From: Rhina ancylostomus
Lineage: Eukaryota
Assembly: GCA_030265395.1 (NCBI GenBank)
Contig: JARFYF010000054.1
Coordinates: 4,400,743-4,464,742, forward strand
Direction: 5' to 3'
DNA length: 64,000 bases
The notes beneath the pieces are model-generated. The model was given only the letters and a program-made list of their open reading frames with translations. It was not told where the DNA came from and ran no database searches. Position numbers and translations under genes: made by a program. This document shows, piece after piece, positions 39,591 through 53,458 of the stretch (positions are counted from its first letter, which is position 1; each line of letters opens with the position of its first letter).

Positions 39591-41829
39591 TGAAGATTTT
39601 ATTTTGTTTTTCCCATGTTTATGAGTAAAAATATTGTTCCAGCCAAGAATACCATAATGGATCAACACTATGCAGGACAGCAATGTATCTGTCCTTGCTA
39701 AAACTGGCATATTATAGTTGTAGGATGTCAGATCATCAAGATGCAGTACAGTAAGCTTTACTAAGGTTACTCGGAAACCACATTCCTCTCCTGCAATCTC
39801 TATACCAAAATAACAAACAGCAGTAATGCTATGGAATTCATGTTTGGTCCCACAACGATGTACATATTAGCAATAGTTTGATACTGGAAGTTCAGGATCT
39901 TCTTTACTTCACATAATTATCACAAGGACTGCAGCAATTTGAGGAGGTAGCTCATTATCACTCACTCTGGGAAATAAAATCCAGACTTGCAGCACTGACT
40001 ACAAAGACAAATAAAAGAATCCAAGGCAACTCAATAAGCAATTGTTCCTTTCCCAGGACACACCTAAGTTTTACTTAAAACTAATGCAAAAATCATGGCA
40101 AAGAATAAGAGCTTGTGGAGAAAGACATCAATTCAAACATGTTATCACTGCAAGGCAACTCAATTATGGATAATGTGATGTTTACTGAAACATATGTTGC
40201 AAAATTTTAAAAATTTGTAAAAACCTATTCTTTTGTCCATATAACATGAATTTTGAGTACATAATTTACAGTGTCATACCTTCAATTCAGTACTACAACC
40301 CCATGTTAATTAGTAATCAATAGAACCCAAACACAGACTATCATATTCAAAATGCTTAAAGCAATTTTAAACTATCCTTTTGTAAATATAAAACATTACT
40401 TACACAATGAAGTGGCCCATGACCTGTGTCATACCACATCGTGGAGACAATAGAATAAATGTTAGTAACAGTACACGTCAGTTTCTATCACTTGATTTTG
40501 TACAAACAGACAAAGCATACTCATGACATTGTCTTTTGTGTGAGCCAGTCAGCCACACCAACTGCATAAATATGGTACCTCATCGGGATCTTTTGAGGTA
40601 TCCACCATCCCTCACAATAAATTACTGTTCATTTTTCCTTTAACACCAGAATGCTTTATACCTGTTTTTGATATCACATGTACTTACTAAGTATATAGCA
40701 GTGCTGAAAATTAGTTATACACTTCAATTTAAATTGAAATACTGAATGAAATGCAAAGAATCAAAACAAGCACAACAAATTATTGTGGTTCATTAGAGAT
40801 ATCTATAATTCTCAGCTGGGTTTAGGCCAGTGTGCACAAAAGAAAAAAAAACAAAGAAGTGCAAATCAGGAAAGAAACCAGTTCACTGCTGTTAGTCACA
40901 TGCATCTGTAAGTTGGCATAATATAAATAACCTATATTTTCTCAAGAAAGAAATGGAGGGCAACAGATCAAATGACCATAAGGAAGATGGGTCGATTGAT
41001 AACACAAATAGCTGCAGTGCTGTCAACACAACAGTGGTCTTCAGTTTTCAGTGATACTTAACTGATGTGGGTACTGAGGGATGGGGGTGGGTGCTGGGAG
41101 CAGACAGATTCTGATAAACAAGTGTTCAGTTTCCAAGAATTGTCAAACATTTCAAACTTCTTTGTATATCATTCTGTATACAAAAGTTATATTTTTAAAA
41201 CATGATACATGTTGTATTTTAGAAACTGTTTAAAGGATCCCTTCTTCCACAAATAGACTTTTGCATCTAGTAGTTGAGTATAATCTGTAAATATCTGCCA
41301 ATGATCTTGGAAATCTCCTGTGCCAATTTTTAACTGATCAGAAATTATGTAATAAACATACTTTTCATATGTGCAGGTACATTTTATAAGGGTTCAAAGT
41401 AAAACTCCAATTTTGATAAGTCTCATTATATACTCAAATATCTATCCTCAGTTATTCATTACTCGAGTTGTCAAATGCAATAACCTACAATATGACTGTA
41501 AAAGACAGCAGTGGAGTGTTGAAAATGAGATCAACTGGTGCTAAGGAGATCAGGTCAGATTGTACTATCTTCTACCATCTCTTTACTATATTAACAGCTT
41601 TTCATCTTCCACAAGCATCAACTCTCATTACACAAGCAACACTTTTATGTCCACCATGACTGCAATGAATCATCTTACCCTCGTTGAAAATACATTTAAT
41701 CATCCTTAATTATGTGGCAATAAGTAACATTACAACACAGAAGTAAATCTATATTGCAATCCATAACCCAACCAACACAAATTAATTTTAGTCCCACCAG
41801 ATGTGTGTCTAATCTGCATTGTTTCTGTA

Positions 41830-42200
41830 CAACAGACACTAATCAGTCAAGCTCGGGTTCAAAATTAAAACCCAACCCAATCCAAACCCAAGCCCGAGGA
41901 CTTTTAATTTTCTGCTAAATGACCCGATTCAATTCTTGCCAAGAATCCTATGCCAGCATGAAATACAGCACTCTCCCATTTGACCCTGAGGGCCTCTGAC
42001 CCCAATGTCTATGCATCTATATGCCCAACCTTAGTCTCACCCCATACATGTGATCCCATTTATTCATAAGGAAGTAGAAACTGCCATTCCAGCCCAAGGG
42101 CCTATCAATTCCCCGCACCCCCCCCCCCCCCAAAGTTAACCCAACTCAAAACCAACATGCAGCTGACCTCTTAGGCCTGGATAAAGAAGCCAGAGTCTAC
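41830..42200. mobile_element. Possible decayed non-autonomous DNA transposon (hAT-like subterminal repeats)
   Basis: Subterminal ctcgggtt/aacccaa/gcccgag motif clusters near both ends. TIRs not resolved. Confidence 0.3.
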
Positions 42201-45200
42201 AACTAATAAAGACTGTATTTTCTCAATATGATCTGAACATTTTAAGCTAAATGGAAAAAAATAATGAAATGTCTGCAAAGCAGGGAACATAGAAACTAGA
42301 AAATGTTCCCAGTCTGGTGAAAGTCTGATATATCAACAGCACATTGCTGATTATAACTTAATTAGAATACAGAGGTGATAAGTTTTTGTGGGCTGCTGAT
42401 AGGACTGTTAAATATAAATATTATGAAGTTCCAAAGGCAGATTAGTGTGCAGAGAGATAAAAACCAACACATTTTCTCGACCATCTCATCCGCATCCACT
42501 CACTGATGAGCATTCAACTTTAAGACAGACCTGCAATAATGTGACATTCTGGAATAAAATAATCTTTTATTCTATTATACCAATCTTGAAATTACAAGTG
42601 GGGCAAAAGAAATTGCTATCGACTGGCACTGAAACAATCTTTGTAACAATGTGCAAAAAAAATGACAATGATTCATTGCTGTCTTTTAGTCCTTTCAAAA
42701 CAAAACTGTAGTAATTCAGTAAATGATATCACTAAAAATTGCGAAGCAATATTGTAATATACAACTCAGTGGTCTAGGTTTCCAGGGAAATATTGAGGCC
42801 TGATAACACTCACAGAGCTCTCTGCGTTGAAAAATAGCTACTGTAGTAATATGTCCAAGTCACAGGGAGATATGCAGCTGCAAAAGGTAAGCCTGACCAC
42901 AGGACTATGGAATAGGGACATACTCAGGCTGCCTCAAGAAATATTCAGCAGAATGTTATCAATTATTAAAAAATATTTTGTGATTTTTAAAAAAAATTGT
43001 TTAATTAATTTTTAATCACTTTGGATATTTATGAATCTTAAGGACTAGTCTAAGGATTTTATACCCACTAAATATTTTTCCAAATCCTTTGTTAGTCAAA
43101 TTGAAGTGGGAAAAAAAACTTGTGTCACGTTTCTAAAGGTTACACAACATCTAAACAAATCAATTGCTAGAGGAATTAAGGGACAGTTATTGCCAAAAAT
43201 AATGATTTCACTGCTTCAGTTCCTCTACAAATCACCAATACAAGTTTAGAATGGAATCATCCATAATCTGACTCATTCTTTAAAATATATATGGCAAAAA
43301 AAAGACAAAAAGTCAATCGATGAAAGTATTAACTTACAACTAACCTACAACTCTTGGCCTTTGCAGCCATCTGATGGATCTTAACAGAAACTGCACCACA
43401 CGCTTGCACTATTTAGGATGCTGAAGTCTCAAGCTAATTCTTATGAGATCTTAAACAATTTATAGGGCATCTGTTTCTGTGCACAAACCAGGCAAAGTTT
43501 TAACACATTCTAGCCACCACAGAACAATTGACTTTGTTAAATGTAGCAATGTCGATTGGCTTTAATTGAATAGTTAAATGTGGGCCTGGCAAATTTTATT
43601 TTAAGCCAAAATATCCCTCCATTAATTTCTACAGAAAATATCATCATGCCACCCATATTAGGTACCTACTCTAAATACACTTCTGAGTTCCAACTTTTTC
43701 AAATATGAAACTATACTTTTAAATGTTCATTTGATGTAACAAATTAATATCTTGATCTTCAGCCAGAGTTAATATATTCCAAGTACTTTCTGTTCTATTA
43801 CTAAAATCCTCAAATGCCAAGTTTTTAAACATTTTATTGCTCCAGTTTTAAAAGAAATGTTCTCATCTTCCCTAGGTTTCTCTGTCCTACTTCCTGAGAA
43901 AGCTTCCAAGCAATACTGCTCTATCACCAACTAATGAACAATTTATTTCTATTCAGACCTTATCCAATACCTTAGATTACATTATTTGGAGACATAGCTG
44001 TGATTCTGTAGCTTAATATTCCATAGAGTAAGCAATGATATACCATGGTGTTACAAAACTAAAATTAATTTTTCTTTTTATGTTGTTACTACAGCTTCCA
44101 TCTAACCAAACATCAAAAAGAAATCTCAATTCTGAGTTCTCTGGTGACACAACTGAGAATTGTACTCTACAATTTTATTGTTATCTCCTCTGGAGAGATA
44201 GATGGCCACAAATGGACGTGACTCAATTAAATATGAGAAAAAAATGACCCAAGCTTTTCATTCCTAATTGTTCGTGCCACCCTAGCTCAGTGCACCCCTG
44301 TGGATGTCATAAGGACAGGGTGCAAGTTGATTAGGATGCCACTTCCCCCTAATCATACTTCAACATTGGCTGCTTAAGTGAAATACAAATTGATCCATTG
44401 CCCATGGAACCACCTCAATGAAGAAATCTTCATTCAGAGGACAGGGAAAGAGTAGCAAGTATTGGCTGGTCATTCATCTCTTCAAGTTCAATGTACAGAA
44501 CTGCTTTCATTACAGCCAATGATTTCCTGATGACTACTTGCTTACGTATGCAAGAAGTTGAACCATACGGACTAGGAGGATTCTATATCCCAAAGCTACA
44601 CTGTTACCTAATTTTAGCCCAAACGGTACCAGCTGAAATACAATTGGTTTTGATATTCCTGGATTGGGAAGGAGTAAATTTCCGGTCTTTCCACCTCTGA
44701 TTATGAACCAGAAATTATTCCTGACAGTGCAATGTTGAGGGTGTAATTAAGAACAGGATTATAATGTTGTTCATTATCAGACATTACATAATAATCACCA
44801 TGTAAGTCTTGAAATTTTGATGGACACATAGATAAATATCTGAAGGAGGGCTGAAAGCTCAAAACCAATGTGCTCTCAGAAATGGGAGACATAACACAGT
44901 AAAAAATAGCAGGAGTAGGCAATTCATACCTCAAATGTTTTGCCATTCCATGATTATGGTTGAGCTATTACCCCAATACCACTTTTCCCTAATCTAATAC
45001 TATCTTTTAACTTCTCTAAATAGCCACAGGTGGATCATTTTCCCTTTAGGATTTTTTTTCCAATCTCACAAGTCAAATTATTTTGAAGGGGATAAAAATG
45101 GTTGAAGAAAACAAGAAAGATTAAAGATATTTTATGATGTGATCTTAAAGATATCTTTTATGGAAACCTAATGGCAAAATATTTAACAATAATTATGTTT

Positions 45201-46279
45201 TGCCCTGCAGGAAAATATTTTAGGTAATTAAGCCCTCTATTGTCCAACAGCAAACAAATGGATCATGCCTTTGATTTAAAAGCATAAGGGAAGAAGGTAC
45301 AGCAGTTCCCCTTTCAGCCCTTTGAGCTTGTTCTGAGATTATGGCTGTGCAGGATCCTAACTCGATTTATCTCTCTTAGTTCTTAGTTCTGCTTTGCATT
45401 TATGCATGATGGCAAAGTAGTTTAAGGTGCACATGACAGTTTAGCCATTAACATCAGAATGTGGCATGTCATTGTCAGGATTATCTAGTCACAACATTCA
45501 ATGCGTCATATACTAACATACATTATGTATATAGTGTACAACTAGCCTTGCAATATACAAACAGAGAGAGAGAGAGACCACCCATTTAAAGTAGAAATCA
45601 TTGCTGGTCCTGATAATAAATTAATCATGAAAACATGACCACCCATGTTAGAGGACCACCCTCAGTCCCCAAGGTTGCAGTTATAAAATGCTGTTCACTA
45701 GACTTGTTAATTTTAGCTCCACTCCATAAATATATAGAGAACATCAATCTTAAATATATTTAGTTTAAAAGTCCACTACTAAAAGTAAATTGTAAAAAAT
45801 TCAAATGCAGTTCAAGTTTAAAGATCTACTAAAAAGCATCTTGCAACCTAACCTACTTTGATTACCAGAATTACCAGTTTGATGTTCACAGGAATTCATA
45901 ATCACAGAAAAAAACTTTATAACTTTTACTTTAGAGCCATTTTTCATACATTTTATTTTGCAATGGCTCATCATGTTTTTTTACAAAAAGACCTCTTTAT
46001 ATTTATTATTCATTTTGAACCACTTTACATGTATGCTTGAAAATGGAACACTTATCTACTTTTTCCTCTTATCTGGATCACTCCCAAGTCAGCCTTAACA
46101 GAAATCAGCCACAAGATTAAAATTGCATTAAGAGTGCCACCTTCTTCTGATTTTTGGGTTTTCTTCTGATTGCTCTGACTCAAGGAGATAATTTGCACTA
46201 GTGGGCACTAAATTATGGGCAAATTTTTAATAGCCAGAAGAAATTAATATCAAGACACCCATAGACTCAATTATAATGA

Positions 46280-46640
46280 AGACAAAAGAGATGCAGATGT
46301 TGAAACTAGAACAAAAGACAGAATGCTGGAAGAACTCAGTGGGTCAAGCAGCATCTGTGGAGGTAAAATGTGCAAGTTGACACTTCAGTCCTGCAGTCCA
46401 GCATGTTGACTCAAACTGTCAATTTATAACTTTTAATTCCAATTTAACCTGANNNNNNNNNNNNNNNNNNNNNNNNNNNNNNNNNNNNNNNNNNNNNNNN
46501 NNNNNNNNNNNNNNNNNNNNNNNNNNNNNNNNNNNNNNNNNNNNNNNNNNNNATGTTGACTCAAACTGTCAATTTATAACTTTTGCCTTCAACGATGCTG
46601 CTTGACCTGCTGAGTTCTTCCAGCGTTCTGTTTTCTTTTT
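46280..46640. mobile_element. Fold-back Penelope-pLTR-derived repeat spanning a gap
   Basis: gctggaagaactcagtgggtcaagcagcatc / gatgctgcttgacctgctgagttcttccagc. Confidence 0.7.
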
Positions 46641-46969
46641 TAACTCAATAAATATGGCTTTTGCAGCACCAGTGAGACTATACTTGCATTTGAAATTCCA
46701 GGGCATGGTAAACTGCAGACCAAATGCTGGCAAATGGGATTAGTGCAGATGAGCACTTGATGATCAGCACAGACATGGTGGGCCAAATAGCCTGTTTTGA
46801 ACTGTAGGACTAAGTTTATATCACATCTACCCAGACTAAATTCAAACAGATCATTCTTAAAAACGTATTGTAAATTAGATACCATCAGTCTCAGCTAGTT
46901 TGGTTATTCAAACTTTTTCTACCTAGAGTAAAACTGAATGTGTTATTTACCTTGTACACTATACCTTAC

Positions 46970-47661
46970 CTTATACCTAAGAAAAACAAGGTAACATGCT
47001 TTAATGGCTACCGACCGGTGGCTCTGACACCCACCATCATGAAGTGCTTCAAGAGGCTGATCATGGCACGCATTAACTCCAGCCTCTCAGATAACCTCAA
47101 TCCACTGAAATTCGCCTACTGCCGATAAAGGTCTATGGCAGATGCCATCTCTCTGGTCCTGCACTCATCTCTGGAGCATACGGACGGTAAAGACACTAAC
47201 TCTAGACTGTTGTTTATTGACTACAACTTCACAGCCCAGTGCATCATGGACACCAGCCTCCTCTCCATGGACTCTTGTTGTTTTGGTGAAGCAGCCAGCA
47301 TAATCAAAGATCCCACCCACCAGGGTTATTCTCTCTTCCCTCCTCTTCCATCGGTTAGAAGATACAGGAGCCTGAGGGCACATACCACCAGACTTAAGGA
47401 CAGCTTCTACCCCACTGTGATAGGACTATTGAATGGTTCCCTTTATTACAATGAGATGGTCTATGACCTCACGATCTACCTTGTTGTGACCTCGCACTTT
47501 ATTGCACTACACTTTCTCTGTAGCTGTGACACTTTACTCTGCACTGTTATTGTTTTTACCTGTACTACGTCAGTGCACTCTGTACTGACTCAACGTAACT
47601 GCACTGTGTAATGAATTGACCTGTACAATTGGTATGCAAGACAAGTTTTTCACTGTACCTC
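46970..47661 (+). mobile_element. Rex1/Babar LINE: RT N-part joined directly to a 3' end
   Basis: [29 protein letters not shown]...RLLFIDYN, then a jump to ASIIKDPTHQGYSLF. Confidence 0.85.
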
Positions 47662-47761
47662 NNNNNNNNNNNNNNNNNNNNNNNNNNNNNNNNNNNNNNN
47701 NNNNNNNNNNNNNNNNNNNNNNNNNNNNNNNNNNNNNNNNNNNNNNNNNNNNNNNNNNNNN

Positions 47762-48870
47762 ATTCCAAGCAAACTCATCACCAAACTCCAACACCTGGGA
47801 CTCAACATATCCCTCTCCAACTGGATCCTTGACCTTGTGACCGCAATCAGTGAGGACAGGCAACATCTCCAGCACAATCATTCTCAACACTGGTGTCCCA
47901 CAAGGTTGCGTCCTCAGCCCACTACTCTACTCCCTATATCGTCATGACTGCGTGGCCAGATTCTGCACTAACTCCATCTACAAGTTTGCAGATGATACCA
48001 CGGTAGTGGGCTGGATCCCAAATAACGATGAGTCGGAGTACAGGAAGGAGATAGAGAGCTTAATAGTATGGTGTCATGACAACAAACTTTCCCTCAATGT
48101 CAGCAAAACAAAAGAGCTGGTCATTGACTTCAGGCAGGGGGGGCAGTATTGTTTACATCAATGATGCTGAGGTCAGAGTTGAGAGCTTCGTGTTCCTTGG
48201 AGCAAACATCACCAATAGCCTGGCCTGGTCCAACCACGTAGATGCCACAGCCAAGGAAGCTCACCAGCCCCTCTACTTCCTCAGGAGGCTAAAGAAATTT
48301 GGCATGACTTTTGACATTCACCAACTTTTATCGACGCACCATAGAAAGAACCCTATCTGGATGCGTCATGGCTTGGTACGGCAACTGCTCTGCCCAGGAC
48401 GGCAAGAAACTGCAGAGCTGTGGACACAGCCCAGCACATCATGAAAACCAGCCTCCCCTCCACGGACTCTGTCCATACCTCTCGCTGCTTTGGTGAAGCA
48501 GCCAGCAAGATCCACCCACCCAGGTCATTCTCTCTTTTCCCCTCTCTCGTCAGGCAGAAGATACAGGAGCCTGAGTGCACATACCACAAGCTCAAAGACA
48601 GCTTCTGTCCCACTGTTATAAGACTATTGAATGGTTCCCTTATATAATTAGATGGACTCTTGACCTCACAATCTACTTTGTTATGACCTTGCACCTTATT
48701 GTCTACCTGCATTGCACTTCCTCTGTGGTTGTGACACTTTACTCTGTATTCTGTTATGGTTTTTACCCTGCACTACCTCAATGCACTGTAATGAATTGAT
48801 CTGTACCAACAGTGGGTAAGACAAGTTTTTCATTGTACTTCGGTACAAGTGACAATAATAAACCAATACA
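47762..48870 (+). mobile_element. Rex1/Babar LINE RT core and 3' end
   Basis: NTGVPQGCVLSPLLYSL...KFADDTTVVG...LNVSKTKELVIDFR; LYFLRRLKKFG; ends aataataaaccaatac. Confidence 0.9.
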
Positions 48871-49030
48871 CCTGGTTTAATGAGAAGATGGAACTAGAGA
48901 ACATATTCCAATAAATCACTGCTTGCTCTCCAAGAGTGAATATTGAAAATAATCCTTGCCAATTATTAGAAAATATTTCCTTCCACTATGCTGTTTCTCC
49001 CCCATAATGGCTTAGCAAATATATATGGAA

Positions 49031-49611
49031 TATTATGTACAGCCATTGGACTTTGGAAAGATAACTATAAAGAATTATTTAACATGCTACTCGTATTTAA
49101 GTGAAATGATATTTTGTGTAAACAATAATTAACTTACTTCACCATACAAAAATTACTGCAGTGAACATATGTGACTAGAGTAACCCACAAGCATTTAAAA
49201 ATAATTTTATTGATTTATATACATGTCAGCACCTTGGCCTATACCTAAAGCAAGCCAGAAAACAGAAGTGTGCAGCTGAACTCGAGTATACTAAAATGTT
49301 TCCAAAATGGCTGCCCCTTATTTCTGTTGAGTCCATTTATAAAAGCAGACAAATACAGTAATAGTGTTTGATGTTCAAAGAAATTCATATTCACTGTAAA
49401 AGCACTGTTTGTTTTACTTTAGGACCATTTCAATATTTTTTTTCTTTTACAATGACCCATAATTTCACCTTAATTGAAAGGTGTATAGCATATTCTGTAC
49501 AGCCATTGGACTTTGGAAAGATAGTTACAAAGAATTATTTAGCATGCTCCTTGTATTTAAGTGAAATGATATTTTGTGAAAACAATAATTGACTGACTTC
49601 ACCATATAAAA
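49031..49611 (+). repeat. Local direct duplication of 121 bp (49031-49151 and 49491-49611)
   Basis: 110/121 identical by manual ungapped alignment. Confidence 0.9.
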
Positions 49612-49825
49612 CAGCATCAAATAGTGAAATGGTTGACCATTTACAGCCTAGGATATTCTGTAAAGGTGCAAAATAATGGCTGGTATTTTGTAGTAGATTT
49701 ATCATAAACAACATAGATTGTAGAATCATTAGAAGGATATATCAAGCTATAGCATACTGCAAAGCTATTTGCTTATTAGCAAAATACTGATTATATCTCT
49801 TATCTTGTGATTATTATTTTGTTAC

Positions 49826-49987
49826 CTTGTAGGAAGCCAGAAAACAGAGTACACCCTGAGTGACAACTTGACAAATCTTCAGCAGCAAATCTCCAATCTC
49901 ATCCTGGAACTCAAATGTCTCTGTATGTTGGAAAGTGGCACAGAGTTTTCTTCCATTTGGTCCCATTCCAATTGTTCCTACCCATAC
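49826..49987 (-). CDS. BRIP1: BRIP1 coding exon (exon 14 equivalent, 162 nt; helicase motif IV)
   Basis: Boundaries read ttttttctag|GTA TGG GTA...TAC AAG|gtaac. Translates [54 protein letters not shown]. Confidence 0.98.
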
Positions 49988-51259
49988 CTAGAAAAAAGGG
50001 TACAACAGTGTTGTAGGAATTCATAATGTCACGGTATCAGTAGTTCAATATATAAATGTAAAACCTGCAACCACCTTCCCAACTCCCTGCCTACAAAAAA
50101 CCACCAGGAATCAAAAATAGGGCAAAATGGCAATCATGGCTACATTACTAAGTTACCAAGGGTTAAAGAACCATTCTGCTACTTTATGAAACATTAATAC
50201 ATATTGACAATCTAACAGAGCAATAGTAATGAGGCCAAAGCGCAACATGATAGAAATCAGGAAAGCTGGAAATACTCAGCACATTAGGCAGCACCTGTGG
50301 AATGAGAAAGAATTAACGTTTTGGGTCGATAACCTTTTGCTCAAAAAATTTATTCCAATTTTCATGCAAATGCCACATTCATTGTCTAAAAAAAAATCAG
50401 TAATTTAATCAAGGCCCATACTGACACTACATTATACCTAACCAATAGTATGTCCGTAACATTAGAGAAGTTGGTTTCAATTAATATCTTGCTACCTCCA
50501 ACACCCCCAGCAGCTTTCTTTGCCTAGTCAATGTTTCCTCAATCAACTCTACAAATACAACATAATTATACTGTTTCTCTAATGCATTAACTATCCTATT
50601 GTGTCAGCCATTTGCTATTCTGTTGCCAAGCATAATTTTGCCATGTTCCTACAAATTGTGTCAATTTCCATCCTTCAGCATTTGGTACAACTTCTATGAT
50701 GCACCTGACCTACTTCTATGACTAATTTTTCAATTCACCTGTTGGCTCTCTTTCACTGCGATACTTTCGATGGAGCAACAAACACTCGACAGGGATGGAT
50801 GGATTAAATTACTGTATTTAGAGTAAACCACACTGCACAGATTTACAATAGGCCAATTGACCAAGTAAAACCAATCTTCATCACTGGGGTCTTTTTATAG
50901 AGGTGGCAAAACACAAATAATATTACATATTGTCAAGGATTGTCCTCCATCAAAGCCAGCACTGGTATAACAATACAGAATTCAGTAAATGAGGTCATTG
51001 CTTCATTCTGTGAATAGTTATTTAATAAATAAACACTTACTTACACTAAACTAGAATTAAAGTGATGCAGGATATTCAAGAGGATAGAATCAAAATTATC
51101 ATGATCAGTTAACTAAATCTGGGAGGAACAGAGTAAAATTACATTAGCATGATCCCTTGGAAGAGAATAGAAAGCTTTGGCTTTAGTTTAACCCAGTGAA
51201 AACTGAATGAGGGTGACAAAGATTCAGAACTTATTTTAAACAAATAATGATTCTCAGTG

Positions 51260-51690
51260 ACAATACTTATGTGAAGAGAATATCCTATCAAAAGTGCCTA
51301 AAGAAATTGGATCTATATTCTTTGGAGGTTAAAAGAATGAGGGGTGATCTTACTGAAAAATACAAGACCCCTAGGAAGCCTGACATGGCATGATGTTTCC
51401 AACGAGGGAACACAGTTACAAGATTAGGAGATGATTGATTAAAATGAGTTAAGTAGGAACTTCTTGCAGAGGTTGGTGAATCTCTGGAATTCTCCACCTT
51501 AGAGGGTTGTAGAGGCTAGATCATTGGGAAGATGCAAAGAGGAATTAAATACATTTTTTGAAAAAACAAAATCAGGGAATTTGTGGGCTATGGAGAATTG
51601 ACATAGAAATGGAGATGAGGCCTGGGGCCAATCAGCCATGATCATATTGAATGGCCTGGCAGGCTTGAGGGGCCTACTTCTCCTCCTAAC
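51260..51690 (+). mobile_element. CR1 LINE 3' fragment
   Basis: agaatgaggggtgatcttactgaaa...gaatctctggaattctcc...tcagccatgatcatattgaatggc. Confidence 0.8.
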
Positions 51691-53360
51691 CTCCTAAGCA
51701 TAGTAAATATGCCAAATTGCTACCAGAATGTAGCACCGAGGATGACAGTGTTAATAGAATCAATGCTAAATAAGTCATTATAGCATTCCATAGAGAGGTA
51801 TTACTGAGAACAATGCTGTTGCAGGAACTCGGCACAAACCCCTGCCCTCCCCATACCATGCAAGAAATGTGAGTGTCGGAAAACTGANNNNNNNNNNNNN
51901 NNNNNNNNNNNNNNNNNNNNNNNNNNNNNNNNNNNNNNNNNNNNNNNNNNNNNNNNNNNNNNNNNNNNNNNNNNNNNNNGGCTCTCTCTGGAGAGGCTGC
52001 CTATGAGGGCTAAGAAAAGTGGAATGACTGCTCAGTGCTGAGGTGTGAATGTGGGTTATTGCTGGGATGCAATGGTTGCTCCACTGATTGTATAATTTCT
52101 CATCACTCCTGTTGGATATGATGGAAACTGTGTCTGCTCCTCTCTTTTTCTGGCCATGCATCTCTCCCCAACCCAGAGAATCTTCTGTTGGAAAAAGCTC
52201 AATGGCCAGTGATCACCATTGAGCTTTTGGCATCATACAGAAGTCTCAAGGCTAGGAGACAGAAGTTTCCATCACATCCAACAGGAGGTGAAGATAGTCA
52301 TCACTGGATCCAGGCAGTCTGCAAACACATGAAGCAGGTGCAGATCTGTGAATCTTCATCAATGGCCCACACTCATAGGGTCTGAGTATTGACCGGCATA
52401 AAGCCCTACAATTCAGTGTCGAGCAGCCGCACCACTCACCACAGCCTGCCTGACATCAAACTTCACAGACAGCATCACCACATGAGACATTGTGCAACTC
52501 ACTGCTGCAGGACCAAAAGTCGAGAGATCAGTGATTCACGCCAGTATCCTGGCACAGCAGTGCACAGTAGCAAGAAGGACAGAGGTTTGCCCCAGCTTCA
52601 CAACATAACAGTGTGCGGCCTGAGCAGATTTTTTTTTAAATAAAAAGATATGGGGTTGGGAGACATGGAAAGAGTACGTACAGGAGTGTTCAGACCCCAG
52701 GACAAATCAATGTTCTACAAGGCAGAGCCAGGCGAAAAACTAATGTAGATCTCGTAGGTTTATTTTCTCAGCTCTCTTGATGAACAATGTAATCCAAAAT
52801 TCTGAAGCCAGTAATTACATAAAACAAAACCATCTTCACTCACAGGAATAAATTAGCCTCTGTGGCATCTCATTAGTTACACCCAAAACATAATCTGATA
52901 ATTTTTGACATTCAATAAGCTATATTTTTTTTATTATTTAACATTTACCTACATTATAGCTGGAGCCAATAAAATGTTATTTTTCTATAGGAATTATTTT
53001 AATCCTCCCCCAAAGTCTAATGGGTAAATACCTTTATCTAATATTAAACCAGATACACTTAATCCCAGTATGCGAGATGATGTGATGTCAGCTGAAATTT
53101 TATATTTGGTTTTGGTGTCTCTGGAATATGTTGGGGAGGTTGGGGAAGCTCATTCTGATTGTTGCCCATTGACCTACCTAGGAAGTGTTCATGGGACTTG
53201 ATTGCAACACCTTTTCAGGATCTCACTTTTCAGGTTCAATGTCAACATGCACAGCACAGAATTTGTTACCACTGGACAATGCATTAAAGCCTTGAGTGAA
53301 CAAGTTGTTATTATTGGGAACGTGGAAAGAAGAGAGTAGGAAACCTATTGTTAACTGATA

Positions 53361-53458
53361 GAAGAGAAACAATGAACTGCAGATGCTGGAATCTAGATGA
53401 AAAGCACTATGATGTTGGAGGAACTCAGAAGGCCTGCCCAGTTCCTCAAGCATCATGG
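53361..53458. mobile_element. 98-bp minimal fold-back pLTR-derived element with a perfect 15-bp TSD
   Basis: tattgttaactgata at 53346-53360 and 53459-53473. Internal hairpin atgatgttggaggaact...agttcctcaagcatcat. Confidence 0.85.

Larger units (their letters stand above)
1..49825 (-). other. BRIP1: Presumed BRIP1 intron 14 (at least 49.8 kb, running off the window)
   Basis: Begins at the exon-14 GT donor. No sequence encoding exon 15 or later motifs (e.g. AVCRGKVSEGLDF, QALGRCIRH) was seen by eye. Small gaps could hide an exon. Confidence 0.6.

Noticed and set aside
46403-46585. Direct repeat atgttgactcaaactgtcaatttataactttt on both sides of a gap
   Set aside because: Typical of overlapping contig ends around a 100-N gap; assembly artefact.
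51980-52630. Higher-GC block with short ORFs
   Set aside because: No recognisable protein or splice pattern; probably an unclassified repeat next to a gap.
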